Positions 26,815 to 34,884 are shown, counted from the first letter of the stretch. The stretch: 64,000 bases of DNA from a virus (IMGVR_UViG_3300044843_000700:1-64000), one strand, 5' to 3'. Notes: a model not told the origin generated them from the letters alone. Numbers and translations are program-made.

Positions 26815-26898
26815 GGAAAGTAAACCTACCTGGGTAGGAGCAGCCTGCTAAGCTGTCTGGTCGCAGTAGCGACTGTGGATCAGGGCCACTGCTTTCCG
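26815..26898 (+). tRNA. tRNA-Ser (GCT), type II
   Basis: Same acceptor as Ser-TGA (GGAAAGT/GCTTTCC, disc G), anticodon arm GCAGC-CTGCTAA-GCTGT, variable hairpin GTCGC-agta-GCGAC; atypical T-loop. Confidence 0.5.
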
Positions 26899-26906
26899 CA
26901 ACATAT

Positions 26907-26985
26907 GCCCTCTTGGCGAAATTTGGTAGACGCGCTAGACTTAGGATCTAGTCTTCGGGTGAGAGTTCGAGTCTCTCAGAGGGTA
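26907..26985 (+). tRNA. tRNA-Leu (TAG), CCA encoded, 9-nt variable arm
   Basis: Acceptor GCCCTCT/AGAGGGT, anticodon arm CTAGA-CTTAGGA-TCTAG, T-arm GAGAG-TTCGAGT-CTCTC, disc A, CCA follows. Confidence 0.75.
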
Positions 26986-27063
26986 CCATGTGTTACTTTT
27001 ATGTAACACGTTTAACACATTGATGAGATACAAAATTGGTTGTGTCTCACCGATGAGTTATAA

Positions 27064-27138
27064 ACTCCAGTGGCGAAACTGGTAAACGCAACAGACTTAA
27101 GATCTGTACCGCTGCCGGTTCGAGTCCGGCCTGGAGTA
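27064..27138 (+). tRNA. tRNA-Leu (TAA) with class-I-like 6-nt variable loop
   Basis: Perfect acceptor ACTCCAG/CTGGAGT, D-stem GCGA/ACGC, anticodon arm ACAGA-CTTAAGA-TCTGT, T-arm GCCGG-TTCGAGT-CCGGC, disc A. Confidence 0.6.
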
Positions 27139-27342
27139 CAACATGTATAGAAAATCGAAAAAAGTTTGCATGTAGTGTTGCACATGTAAACTTTCTTTGT
27201 ATATTTGTAGCGCAAATGAGAAATATACAACATACGGCCCAGATGAATATTGTGCGCAAAGGCGATGAACCGTCTTGCCCGCAGGCTTGTTTTGTTGTAT
27301 CGATCATGTAATAGTTCATAACTGTCGAATACAAATAGGAGA

Positions 27343-27370
27343 AGCCTCGGGATAACACCGGGGCTTTTTC
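27343..27370 (+). terminator. terminator-like hairpin preceding second tRNA sub-cluster
   Basis: agcctcgg-gataaca-ccggggct then TTTTT; tRNA-Pro starts about 10 nt later. Confidence 0.4.
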
Positions 27371-27380
27371 ATTTTAACCC

Positions 27381-27453
27381 CGGGATGTAGTTCAGTTGGT
27401 AGAACGCGTGCTTTGGGAGCATGAGGTCGTAGGTTCGAGTCCTGCTATCCCGA
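27381..27453 (+). tRNA. tRNA-Pro (TGG)
   Basis: Acceptor CGGGATG/TATCCCG, D-stem GTTC/GAAC, anticodon arm CGTGC-TTTGGGA-GCATG, T-loop TTCGAGT. Confidence 0.8.
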
Positions 27454-27503
27454 CTAACAGATACGGAATTGGCCGCCACAAACTGTAAAGAAAAGGGTCA
27501 CTA

Positions 27504-27578
27504 GGGGTGCGGAGCTCGGTCCGGTCGAGCAGCTGCTTTGCAAGCAGAAGGTCGTGGGTTCAAATCCCACCCATTCCA
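27504..27578 (+). tRNA. tRNA-Ala (TGC)
   Basis: Anticodon loop TTTGCAA, variable AGGTC, T-arm GTGGG-TTCAAAT-CCCAC; acceptor GGGGTGC/CCATTCC gives G3.U70 (Ala identity) but C7.C66 mismatch and one extra nt before D-stem. Confidence 0.5.
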
Positions 27579-27691
27579 CAAGTTGAAACAACTCCTGTAG
27601 TCCAGAAGCGGGAGGATGAGGAACGGTTAAAGGCCGTGTGCTATGCTGGGCGTAGTGTAAGTTCTGAAAAAGCCTCATCAGTGTTGATACT

Positions 27692-27765
27692 GCGAGTGTA
27701 GCTCAATTGGCTAGAGTACCTGCCTTCCAAGCAGGAAGTTGTGAGTTCGAGCCTCACCACTCGCT
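27692..27765 (+). tRNA. tRNA-Gly (TCC)
   Basis: Perfect acceptor GCGAGTG/CACTCGC, anticodon arm CCTGC-CTTCCAA-GCAGG, T-arm GTGAG-TTCGAGC-CTCAC. Confidence 0.85.
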
Positions 27766-27770
27766 CTAAT

Positions 27771-27847
27771 GGTCTATGGGTCTGCTTGGTTGTGGACGCC
27801 TCCCTGTCACGGAGGATATCAGGTCGGTTCGACTCCGACATAGACCG
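27771..27847 (+). tRNA. tRNA-Asp (GTC)
   Basis: Acceptor GGTCTAT/ATAGACC, anticodon arm CCTCC-CTGTCAC-GGAGG, T-arm GTCGG-TTCGACT-CCGAC. Confidence 0.8.
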
Positions 27848-27851
27848 CAAT

Positions 27852-27924
27852 GGACTGTGAGCTCGGTTGGCTGAGCGGCACCCTGTTAAGGTGAGGGTCA
27901 TAGGTTCGATTCCTATACAGTCCG
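27852..27924 (+). tRNA. tRNA-Asn (GTT)
   Basis: Acceptor GGACTGT/ACAGTCC, anticodon loop CTGTTAA, T-arm ATAGG-TTCGATT-CCTAT; G27.A43 mismatch. Confidence 0.8.
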
Positions 27925-27931
27925 CAAACAT

Positions 27932-28003
27932 TGACATGTAGCTCAGAGGTAGAGCATCCGCCTGATACGCGGGAGGTCGTAGGTTCAATCCCTGCCATGT
28001 CAA
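27932..28003 (+). tRNA. tRNA-Ile (GAT)
   Basis: Acceptor TGACATG/CATGTCA, anticodon arm TCCGC-CTGATAC-GCGGG, T-loop TTCAATC. Confidence 0.8.
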
Positions 28004-28010
28004 CTAAAAT

Positions 28011-28085
28011 AGGAGTATAGCTCAGTTGGTTCAGAGCACTTGCCTTACAAGCAAGATGTCCATGGTTCGAATCCATGTACTCCTA
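28011..28085 (+). tRNA. tRNA-Val (TAC), CCA encoded
   Basis: Acceptor AGGAGTA/TACTCCT, anticodon arm CTTGC-CTTACAA-GCAAG, T-arm CATGG-TTCGAAT-CCATG, then A-CCA. Confidence 0.85.
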
Positions 28086-28164
28086 CCACGAAGATTATGT
28101 ACAACTTGTTTAAGATACGTAGGAAGAAGAAAAGCAGATCTAAGAGATCAGCATGATAATCTAT

Positions 28165-28237
28165 TCCCTCGTAGCAAACCGGTTGTAGGCAGCAGACTTT
28201 TAATCTGCGGGGCTGGGTTCGACTCCCAGCGGGGGAA
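28165..28237 (+). tRNA. tRNA-Lys (TTT)
   Basis: Acceptor TCCCTCG/CGGGGGA, anticodon arm GCAGA-CTTTTAA-TCTGC, T-arm CTGGG-TTCGACT-CCCAG. Confidence 0.8.
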
Positions 28238-28245
28238 CTGTAAGC

Positions 28246-28317
28246 GCCCCTGTAGCTCAATGGAAGAGCAAGAGACTTCTAAGCTCAAGGTTACCAGTTC
28301 GAGTCTGGTCAGGGGTT
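28246..28317 (+). tRNA. tRNA-Arg (TCT), CCA encoded
   Basis: Acceptor GCCCCTG/CAGGGGT, D-stem GCTC/GAGC, anticodon loop CTTCTAA with weak 3-bp stem, T-arm ACCAG-TTCGAGT-CTGGT. Confidence 0.6.
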
Positions 28318-28326
28318 CCAAGTAAT

Positions 28327-28400
28327 AGGCCCTTAGCTCAGCTGGTCAGAGCAGTACTCTTATAAGGTAAAGGTCACTGGTTCAAACCCGGTAGGGCCTA
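28327..28400 (+). tRNA. tRNA-Ile (TAT), AUA-decoding
   Basis: Perfect acceptor AGGCCCT/AGGGCCT disc A, D-stem GCTC/GAGC, anticodon loop CTTATAA (TAT), T-arm ACTGG-TTCAAAC-CCGGT; G27.A43 mismatch. Confidence 0.65.
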
Positions 28401-28408
28401 CAAAATAT

Positions 28409-28482
28409 AGCGGGGTGGACTGGAGTGGTTCCAGCTCGGTCTCATAAGCCGAACGACGTGGGTTCGAATCCCTCTCCCGCTA
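28409..28482 (+). tRNA. tRNA-Met (CAT) (elongator or Ile2-lysidine type not resolved)
   Basis: Acceptor AGCGGGG/TCCCGCT disc A, D-stem CTGG/CCAG, anticodon arm TCGGT-CTCATAA-GCCGA, T-loop TTCGAAT with one T.T in T-stem. Confidence 0.6.
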
Positions 28483-28547
28483 CAAATGAGTGGTAATGAC
28501 GCCTGACAAAGGAGGGATATAGTACCAGGTTACCTCGCACTCATTAT

Positions 28548-28620
28548 GTCCCGGTCATCTAGTGGTCCAGGATACTTCCCTTTCACGGAAGTCACACGGG
28601 TTCAAATCCCGTCCGGGATA
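28548..28620 (+). tRNA. tRNA-Glu (TTC)
   Basis: Acceptor GTCCCGG/CCGGGAT, anticodon arm CTTCC-CTTTCAC-GGAAG, T-arm ACGGG-TTCAAAT-CCCGT; Glu-type D-arm. Confidence 0.85.
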
Positions 28621-28628
28621 CAATATTA

Positions 28629-28702
28629 GCCCGAGTAGCTCAGCAGGTTAGAGCTACTGTTTTGTAAACAGAGGGTCGGCGGTTCGATTCCGTCCTCGGG
28701 CT
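28629..28702 (+). tRNA. tRNA-Thr (TGT)
   Basis: Perfect acceptor GCCCGAG/CTCGGGC, anticodon loop TTTGTAA, T-arm GGCGG-TTCGATT-CCGTC; A27.A43 mismatch. Confidence 0.8.
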
Positions 28703-28704
28703 CT

Positions 28705-28777
28705 GTGGCCGTAGTTCAAATGGTGGAACGTCTGCTTGTGGCGCAGAAGGTTGCGGGTTCAAGTCTCGCCGGTCACC
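28705..28777 (+). tRNA. tRNA-His (GTG), CCA encoded
   Basis: Acceptor GTGGCCG/CGGTCAC disc C then CCA, anticodon arm TCTGC-TTGTGGC-GCAGA, T-arm GCGGG-TTCAAGT-CTCGC; starts 2 nt after tRNA-Thr. Confidence 0.8.
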
Positions 28778-28784
28778 CCAATTA

Positions 28785-28856
28785 GGCCCCGTGGCGCAGC
28801 GGAAGCGCTTCTGAATACGGATCAGATGGTCGGGAGTTCGAATCTCTCCGGGGTCT
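28785..28856 (+). tRNA. tRNA-Arg (ACG)
   Basis: Acceptor GGCCCCG/CGGGGTC, D-stem GCGC/GCGC, anticodon arm TCTGA-ATACGGA-TCAGA, T-arm GGGAG-TTCGAAT-CTCTC. Confidence 0.85.
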
Positions 28857-28865
28857 CTAAAATAA

Positions 28866-28936
28866 TGCCCGGTCGTCTAGCGGCAGGACATCTGGTTTTG
28901 GACCAGAGAACGGACGTTCGAATCGTTCCCGGGCAA
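28866..28936 (+). tRNA. tRNA-Gln (TTG)
   Basis: Acceptor TGCCCGG/CCGGGCA, anticodon arm TCTGG-TTTTGGA-CCAGA, T-arm GGACG-TTCGAAT-CGTTC. Confidence 0.8.
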
Positions 28937-28992
28937 CAAAAATTTGGCGAAGTGATGATAATTGCGTATATTAAGATAAACACAGTTATCAC

Positions 28993-30966
28993 ATGGACGT
29001 TGTAAATTTCCCCGCAATACTTGCTCAGTTTGGTTTACTAAAGAGCGGTGATATTGTAACAAAAGATGACCTGCTTCTTATCGGTAAGAAGGTAAACAAT
29101 CAACGTGACGGAAGCCAGTATCAAGAGCTTGCTATTACACTTGAGGAGCTTATGAAGCTTGCTTTCTGCAGTATCAGTTTGGAGAAACGAGTAGAATTTG
29201 GTCCTACAATTTTCTTTGATCATCCTACTGGAACAGGTGATACTGTTTTTGACACCATCAGTCCGGCTGTAAGAATTACCAGAGATCCTTTATGTGGAGC
29301 TGGATGTCTTTACAACTTGGCTGCAGGTGAAATATGTTGTAACGGTAGCACTACTCCAGGAGGATCTCCTGTAAATACAGAGTGGTTCTGGGTACAAAAT
29401 CCAGGTACATATGATTATACACAAGCTCCAAATGAGACTTATCGTCCTTTAATTGATGTTGCTCAAAATGACTGGCCTTGTGGAGGCATGGTCTGTGCTC
29501 CAGGTCTTCAGATGATCATGCACGATATGGTTACAGATGATTACTGGATCATTGATTTTCTTACATGGGAATCTGGCGGTGGCGGGGGATTTTCATGGAA
29601 CAGACGCAAATTAACTATTCTCTGTGACGGATGCATTCATTTCGCTGATGGATCTGTACAATGTACAGCACCTGGTACACCGGCCATTAATGCCACAGAT
29701 CTTTATGTAGATCAAAACTTCGGTGATGATTCTACAGCTTTACCTAATCGTTTCGATCGTCCTTATAAAACTCTCAATGCTGCTTTAACTGCAGCTGTTG
29801 CTCCAGCTACTGTTTACGTTCGTCCCGGTACATACGAGGAGTTTGGCGTAAAACTCTTTAGCGGAGTAAACATGTACTTTGAACCAGGAGTTGTTTTACG
29901 AAACACTATTCTTCAAGATACAGGTAGTGATGTGACAACAGGTATTTATGGGCACATGGATATGACAGAAGGTTCTTACATGAACCTTACTGGTGGAAGT
30001 AACATTAAGTGGGAATTCAACACAGTTAATACTACCAACACTTTCCTTGTATGTAATCCTGGTGCTGGAAAAACTCTTACTATAGATATTCATGGTAAGA
30101 GTGTAAACACCGCAGGTAACTTCGGTTTCGGAGCTACTTTCCGCGGAAGCACTTTCGGTACACTTACCATTGATGACTCCTTCCGTTCTTCTGCGATACT
30201 CGCTACAATATTTTTCCGTTCTGGATCTGCTCAGTACAGCGGAAATGTTACAATCAACTGTCCTAAGATTTATCTGTCAGGAGCAGGAACAGCTAAGAGT
30301 GTTGTGATTGTAAATGAAGGTGTAACTGATGATGCCGTAGTAAATATCTACGGAGATCTGATCAACCTTAACTCCAATGTCGGTGCTTACAATGCGGGAT
30401 TATATTGCCGAAGAGGTAAAACCACTCTTTATGGTAATATCAACTATGAAGCAGATGGTGGTATTGGTGTAATCGTAGACGGTGGTTTCTTTGTAGGAAC
30501 CGGTTATGTAAAGATCTATGGTGACATCATCATGAAAAGACAAACTGCAGTATTTGCTTCTCATCGAGATGTACCTCTCTTTGTACAAGGAGGTTTCATT
30601 AAAGGAGCAGATATAGGATCTTATGGAAAAGCTGTTGTAATTATCGGCGCAAGTTTACCAGGATTACCAGGTATGCCTAATGTATGGACTTACTTCAAAG
30701 ATTGCCGTATTATCCAAATGGAAGTAGGTGCAGAGATTGTAAATCTTACCGGTAATGGACCTACAGATTACAAGATCTTAGCTTATAACACAGAGTTCCT
30801 TTATGACAAACCAGGTTTCCCGGATACAGTAGTATCTGCAGGTGGACCTCGTACACCAGGTTTTGTAAATTGTACATCCAATGCTGCACTAGGTGCGGGT
30901 ATTACTGATCACTTTGTACCAAGCGGCTTTACAACAGTTCCAACCTTAATCATCCCAGAGTTCTAA
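28993..30966 (+). CDS. virion protein with beta-helix-like repeats (tailspike/fibre candidate)
   Basis: 657 aa; Gly/Asn/Val-rich repeats (NVGAYNAGLYCRRGKTTLYGNINYEADGGIGVIVDGGFFVGTGYVKIYGDII) typical of parallel beta-helix; first gene after tRNA array with promoter motif at 28959. Confidence 0.45.
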   Translation: MDVVNFPAILAQFGLLKSGDIVTKDDLLLIGKKVNNQRDGSQYQELAITLEELMKLAFCSISLEKRVEFGPTIFFDHPTGTGDTVFDTISPAVRITRDPLCGAGCLYNLAAGEICCNGSTTPGGSPVNTEWFWVQNPGTYDYTQAPNETYRPLIDVAQNDWPCGGMVCAPGLQMIMHDMVTDDYWIIDFLTWESGGGGGFSWNRRKLTILCDGCIHFADGSVQCTAPGTPAINATDLYVDQNFGDDSTALPNRFDRPYKTLNAALTAAVAPATVYVRPGTYEEFGVKLFSGVNMYFEPGVVLRNTILQDTGSDVTTGIYGHMDMTEGSYMNLTGGSNIKWEFNTVNTTNTFLVCNPGAGKTLTIDIHGKSVNTAGNFGFGATFRGSTFGTLTIDDSFRSSAILATIFFRSGSAQYSGNVTINCPKIYLSGAGTAKSVVIVNEGVTDDAVVNIYGDLINLNSNVGAYNAGLYCRRGKTTLYGNINYEADGGIGVIVDGGFFVGTGYVKIYGDIIMKRQTAVFASHRDVPLFVQGGFIKGADIGSYGKAVVIIGASLPGLPGMPNVWTYFKDCRIIQMEVGAEIVNLTGNGPTDYKILAYNTEFLYDKPGFPDTVVSAGGPRTPGFVNCTSNAALGAGITDHFVPSGFTTVPTLIIPEF

Positions 30967-30967
30967 T

Positions 30968-31306
30968 ATGAAGACAACAGCATACGGATCACTCAACCCC
31001 ACTGCAGATCGTTTTATGACTGTAGCTTATACGCCTCAACAAGGTCCAACTAAGCTTGTGTACCTTAAGAGAGCAGATCTTAGCCAAGGGGATCAGATCA
31101 TCTATGATGATTTTGAAGCGCTATTTACCGGACACGCTAGTGTGGAGATTGCAAACACATCTGCAGGTATGGACATCGACTTTACTTCGAATGCCCAGCT
31201 TTTACCTACTCCAGCTTTGAGTCTTGACTACAACACAATGAGTATTGAAGATGAATCTGCTGTGTCATTGTTTATTAACCTTGTATCAATAACACCTGAA
31301 GCATGA
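30968..31306 (+). CDS. hypothetical protein
   Basis: 112-aa ORF 2 nt after previous gene. Confidence 0.4.
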   Translation: MKTTAYGSLNPTADRFMTVAYTPQQGPTKLVYLKRADLSQGDQIIYDDFEALFTGHASVEIANTSAGMDIDFTSNAQLLPTPALSLDYNTMSIEDESAVSLFINLVSITPEA

Positions 31307-32205
31307 GCAAAGGAATGCTAAATAACCCAGCTGGGCCGCGTAATAATTTCGGTTACCAGATAAGCGCTCTACAATTATTGGGAGCGATTTCTGCATCTGT
31401 AGCACCTCCTGGAGGTCTAGCTACTGAAGCTACAGCTTTGAATATCCTTTCTGCCATTCAAAGTGGTCAGGAGTTTGAGCAAAACATTGTAGTAGATCTT
31501 GGTGGTGCAGGCTGCCCTAACAACTGCCCTACCTACTTGATGGTGCGTATCTGGAATACAGTTACACACACGTTCGATCCTCCGATTTACTACGACGCCT
31601 CTGGTGCAGTAGTTGTACCAGTGGGACCGGTGGAGCTTGTTAATCCTCAGTTTGTGCTGAATAATATCTTGGCACAAGTTACAGCGATTAATGCAGATCT
31701 TGATGTGGCACTGAGCACGCGTGCAAGTGAGTTGACCCTTCTTGCAACTAACGCATTGCTGACTACTTTAAACAGTACTGTAGCTACCGAAGCTACCTTG
31801 CAACTGGTTCTTGGATCTATCACTGCAGGTAATGCTGCACAAGCAACTGCTGCAAATCAGGCCGCACAGAATATCATTCTTACAGCAATATCTTCTGCTT
31901 TGGATGTTGCTCTTTCTACGAGAGCCTCTGAAGCTACTCTTGCTGCTTTCAGTAACAAGTACACGAATGTTTCTCGAGTACCTTCTGTGGTAAACATTGG
32001 AACTAACGTTGCAGGTAATACTGTAGCAGGTGTACAATCTGTAAGCTTGCGTTTCATCGGAACTAACGGTACACTTAATGGTGTGAACATGCCAAACGGA
32101 TCGATCGTTTCTTTCAGTTCAAAAGCCGGAGATACTGTAGGGGCAATACCATACAATTCTCCAACATCTGCAGGCGGTCGTTTAATCATAACTTATTTGA
32201 CATAA
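31303..32205 (+). CDS. fibre-like structural protein with internal repeats
   Basis: Repeated LDVALSTRASE(L/A)TL segments and Ala/Thr/Asn-rich low-complexity typical of tail fibres. Confidence 0.45.
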   Translation: MSKGMLNNPAGPRNNFGYQISALQLLGAISASVAPPGGLATEATALNILSAIQSGQEFEQNIVVDLGGAGCPNNCPTYLMVRIWNTVTHTFDPPIYYDASGAVVVPVGPVELVNPQFVLNNILAQVTAINADLDVALSTRASELTLLATNALLTTLNSTVATEATLQLVLGSITAGNAAQATAANQAAQNIILTAISSALDVALSTRASEATLAAFSNKYTNVSRVPSVVNIGTNVAGNTVAGVQSVSLRFIGTNGTLNGVNMPNGSIVSFSSKAGDTVGAIPYNSPTSAGGRLIITYLT

Positions 32206-32206
32206 C

Positions 32207-32815
32207 ATGGGAGCAGAACAAGGAATAGCTTTAACCGGTGAGCAAATAGATGCTCTTTATGCTGCCAATAATCCTGGCGCTAGCAATCCTTTTGCTACCC
32301 TAGCTGATATCGTTGCAAGTAGCAACAATCTTAAATCTGAGTATCTTTTTCCTGTTGGGGCTTCGTACGCTAAAAATGGTGTACAAGCTATGTCTGACTT
32401 TGTAAACATACCTTTTCCTGTAAATCCTGGAGTGGTAGATGGTCGTTCAAGAAAGATCCAGATTATTACTACCTATGACAAGCTTAACAATGGTAACTCT
32501 ACTATAAACTTCAGAGTTCTTTGTGGAGGTCTTGTTTTAGGGTTTATTCCTTTCACTACTGGTGTAGGAATAATTTCTGGGCGCTTTCTCATATTTGAGC
32601 TTGATATGACCTTTAGTGCTGCAAATACTCAAAGAGCTCTTTGTCGTTTGTATAACCAAAATGCTACAGCAGAGACTAATCGTCAAACTATTCTAGGCAA
32701 TGGAGTCTGGGATAAGACGATTGCCAATAATATACAGTTTCAATGGGAGACCATAACTGGAGCTGGAATTAATCATCAGTTATCTGTACATCAAGTAACA
32801 AGTATATTGATATGA
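32207..32815 (+). CDS. hypothetical structural protein
   Basis: 202-aa ORF, translationally coupled to neighbours. Confidence 0.4.
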   Translation: MGAEQGIALTGEQIDALYAANNPGASNPFATLADIVASSNNLKSEYLFPVGASYAKNGVQAMSDFVNIPFPVNPGVVDGRSRKIQIITTYDKLNNGNSTINFRVLCGGLVLGFIPFTTGVGIISGRFLIFELDMTFSAANTQRALCRLYNQNATAETNRQTILGNGVWDKTIANNIQFQWETITGAGINHQLSVHQVTSILI

Positions 32816-33165
32816 CACTACAAGAGCTAAAAGAAATACGCTATAACGAGATCGATGAAACATCTCGAACAATCATCGATCAAGGATTTGTCTTTGACAG
32901 TAAGACATTTTCTATGTCATTGACTGCGCAAATCAACTGGAGTAATATACTCCTTATTCCGGATGACGTTTTCCCAGTGCCGATTTCAACGAAAGATCAA
33001 AGCATTTACTACTTGAGCCTTGCTAATCGTCAAGCTTTTTATTTGACAGCAATGAATGCCAAGACTACCCCGCTCTTTTCAGGAAGCGCTCTTAAAGAGC
33101 AAATCCGATTGTGTCAAGATGAAGCATGTGTGAATGCTGTAGTAGATAACAGATACCAACTATAA
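32812..33165 (+). CDS. hypothetical protein
   Basis: 117-aa ORF with 4-nt overlap. Confidence 0.4.
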   Translation: MTLQELKEIRYNEIDETSRTIIDQGFVFDSKTFSMSLTAQINWSNILLIPDDVFPVPISTKDQSIYYLSLANRQAFYLTAMNAKTTPLFSGSALKEQIRLCQDEACVNAVVDNRYQL

Positions 33166-33186
33166 CAAGAGCGTTAATTAGTATGT

Positions 33187-33618
33187 ATGAATGCAGCGGA
33201 TCTAACATTCGGGATCAAAGATGTAGTGGGAATTGTCCTAGCCGTATTGGCAGTAGTCGGATTTCTCTATGCTTTAAAGCGCACTGCAGAGAAAGCCAAC
33301 GAGCAAACATCTGCTGTGAAGAAAGAACTTGATGACTACAAAAAGTCTGTTGAGGAGAAATTCCTGCACGCCAAGAATAGTAAAAAAGCCAATATACAGA
33401 TGATCATGGATACCATCAAGACCAATAAAGAAGAAGTCGAGAAGAAGGAGAACCAGATCTATGCCCGGATGAATGAAGTTCGAGAAGAGCAAAAACTTGC
33501 ACACGATAAGCTTTCAGACAAAATTGATAGCGTTGTAACAATGCAGCAGACTATGAATACTTCTCTTGCAGAGCTTACCGGTTTCCTTAAAGGTAAACGC
33601 AATGATGAGCATAGATAA
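33187..33618 (+). CDS. membrane protein with coiled coil (holin/spanin-like candidate)
   Basis: N-terminal TM helix VVGIVLAVLAVVGFLYAL then charged coiled coil; adjacent to peptidase candidate. Confidence 0.35.
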   Translation: MNAADLTFGIKDVVGIVLAVLAVVGFLYALKRTAEKANEQTSAVKKELDDYKKSVEEKFLHAKNSKKANIQMIMDTIKTNKEEVEKKENQIYARMNEVREEQKLAHDKLSDKIDSVVTMQQTMNTSLAELTGFLKGKRNDEHR

Positions 33619-34192
33619 CGCAATGTACATTGAAGATCTGGATGTTCTTCATGTACACTCTCCTTTCAACTGGAAAAAGCCGCAAAGATATTTAGCAGCT
33701 GCTATCCGGTTTATGCAAAAGCTTCGTTATGGACCAGAAGCTGCATACTATTCCCACACAGCTATTGCTGTTTGGCACGGATCAGAGCTTTATGTTTACG
33801 AAGCAGATCCGGAAATAAAGAAGACCAAGTTCGAAGACTGGGTCATGGATAAAGAACTTTGCATCACTTGCATTCCTGGTAAGTTCTATGTTAATCATGG
33901 AACACAGAGTAAAGAAGAGCTGAAGACTATAATCAAGTCGAAGCTCGGTCTGAGATATGACTACTTTTCTTTGGTATTCTACCAGATTTTGCTTATATTA
34001 TCAGGTAAGTGGTACGGAACTAAGAACAGTAACTCGTTCTATTGCTCAGAGTTTACCAGCTGGATTATGTACGTAGGTACAGGCCTCTTGGAAAACTGGT
34101 ACAGCATGAGTCCAGCAAGATCATACCGGTTTTACCGAGATATGAGTTGGATCTGCTACAAAGGTAAAGGTTCCGATCTACTTGAAAAGTAA
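33602..34192 (+). CDS. permuted papain-like (NlpC/P60-superfamily, YiiX/C92-like) cysteine peptidase; endolysin candidate
   Basis: His-before-Cys order: YYSHTAIAVWHGSELYVYEA ... NSFYCSEFTSW; start moved to ATG 33602 (MMSIDNAMY) from track TTG-type start 33566. Confidence 0.45.
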   Translation: MMSIDNAMYIEDLDVLHVHSPFNWKKPQRYLAAAIRFMQKLRYGPEAAYYSHTAIAVWHGSELYVYEADPEIKKTKFEDWVMDKELCITCIPGKFYVNHGTQSKEELKTIIKSKLGLRYDYFSLVFYQILLILSGKWYGTKNSNSFYCSEFTSWIMYVGTGLLENWYSMSPARSYRFYRDMSWICYKGKGSDLLEK

Positions 34193-34856
34193 ACAACAAA
34201 TCATGGCAGCACAAGACAAATTGATCCCTACAGCGCTTCTTTTGGCTAACAACCTTAAGGGAACACGCTATTCTACAGGAGGGACCTATAAGCTTCCCGC
34301 AAAGAAAGCCAGCAAGTATCAGAATCCGTATACGGATGCTGTAGAATTCTTCGCTGATGTTTATCAGAGAGAGCTTTTGATTGCTAATCAGCTAGAGGGA
34401 ACAACTCCTCCGGCCAGTGAAGTATTCTCTAAACAGTACACGCCTAATCAGAACAATCGTTCTCTTACACTAGGCATGGTAGTTGCTTTCAGTGAAGCTG
34501 AATGGGAAGAGCTGCAGATTGCCATTTCTCGCTCCTTCAATATCGTTTACCCATTTGACCAAGTTGGTCCATGGAGTAAGCCTGAAATTAATGGTTACAA
34601 AGCTTTGATGGGAACATTCTGGGACGATTCAACAGAGCTTAAAGCTGCCGATGGAACCACTCTGGATACAGGTTTAACTCCTGGAGCAGAATGGGCCGAA
34701 GCATGGAATACTCTTCGAGTTCCTTATGACAAGGCTCAGGGCATAAATACACCTTTCATAGCACCAATTCTTCGTCCTGCCACAGGACAGCATTATTACT
34801 ACCGATTCACAGGCCCTCGTCGCTGGTTCGGTTTTGTAGGCTATAACCTTCAATAA
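34182..34856 (+). CDS. hypothetical protein
   Basis: 224-aa ORF followed by strong terminator. Confidence 0.4.
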   Translation: MKSKQQIMAAQDKLIPTALLLANNLKGTRYSTGGTYKLPAKKASKYQNPYTDAVEFFADVYQRELLIANQLEGTTPPASEVFSKQYTPNQNNRSLTLGMVVAFSEAEWEELQIAISRSFNIVYPFDQVGPWSKPEINGYKALMGTFWDDSTELKAADGTTLDTGLTPGAEWAEAWNTLRVPYDKAQGINTPFIAPILRPATGQHYYYRFTGPRRWFGFVGYNLQ

Positions 34857-34884
34857 GAGCTCTTTGCCTCCTCAATATCCCTAG

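Noticed and set aside
27064-27138. tRNA-Leu(TAA) as an ochre suppressor
   Set aside because: Anticodon reads 5'-UAA-3', which pairs with UUA Leu codons, not the UAA stop (that would need 5'-UUA-3')
26219-28325. Track ORFs 26219..26581, 26319..26657, 26392..26718, 27047..27358, 27641..28003, 28026..28325 and others across the tRNA array
   Set aside because: They run through back-to-back tRNA cloverleaves on both strands; tRNA explanation is far stronger
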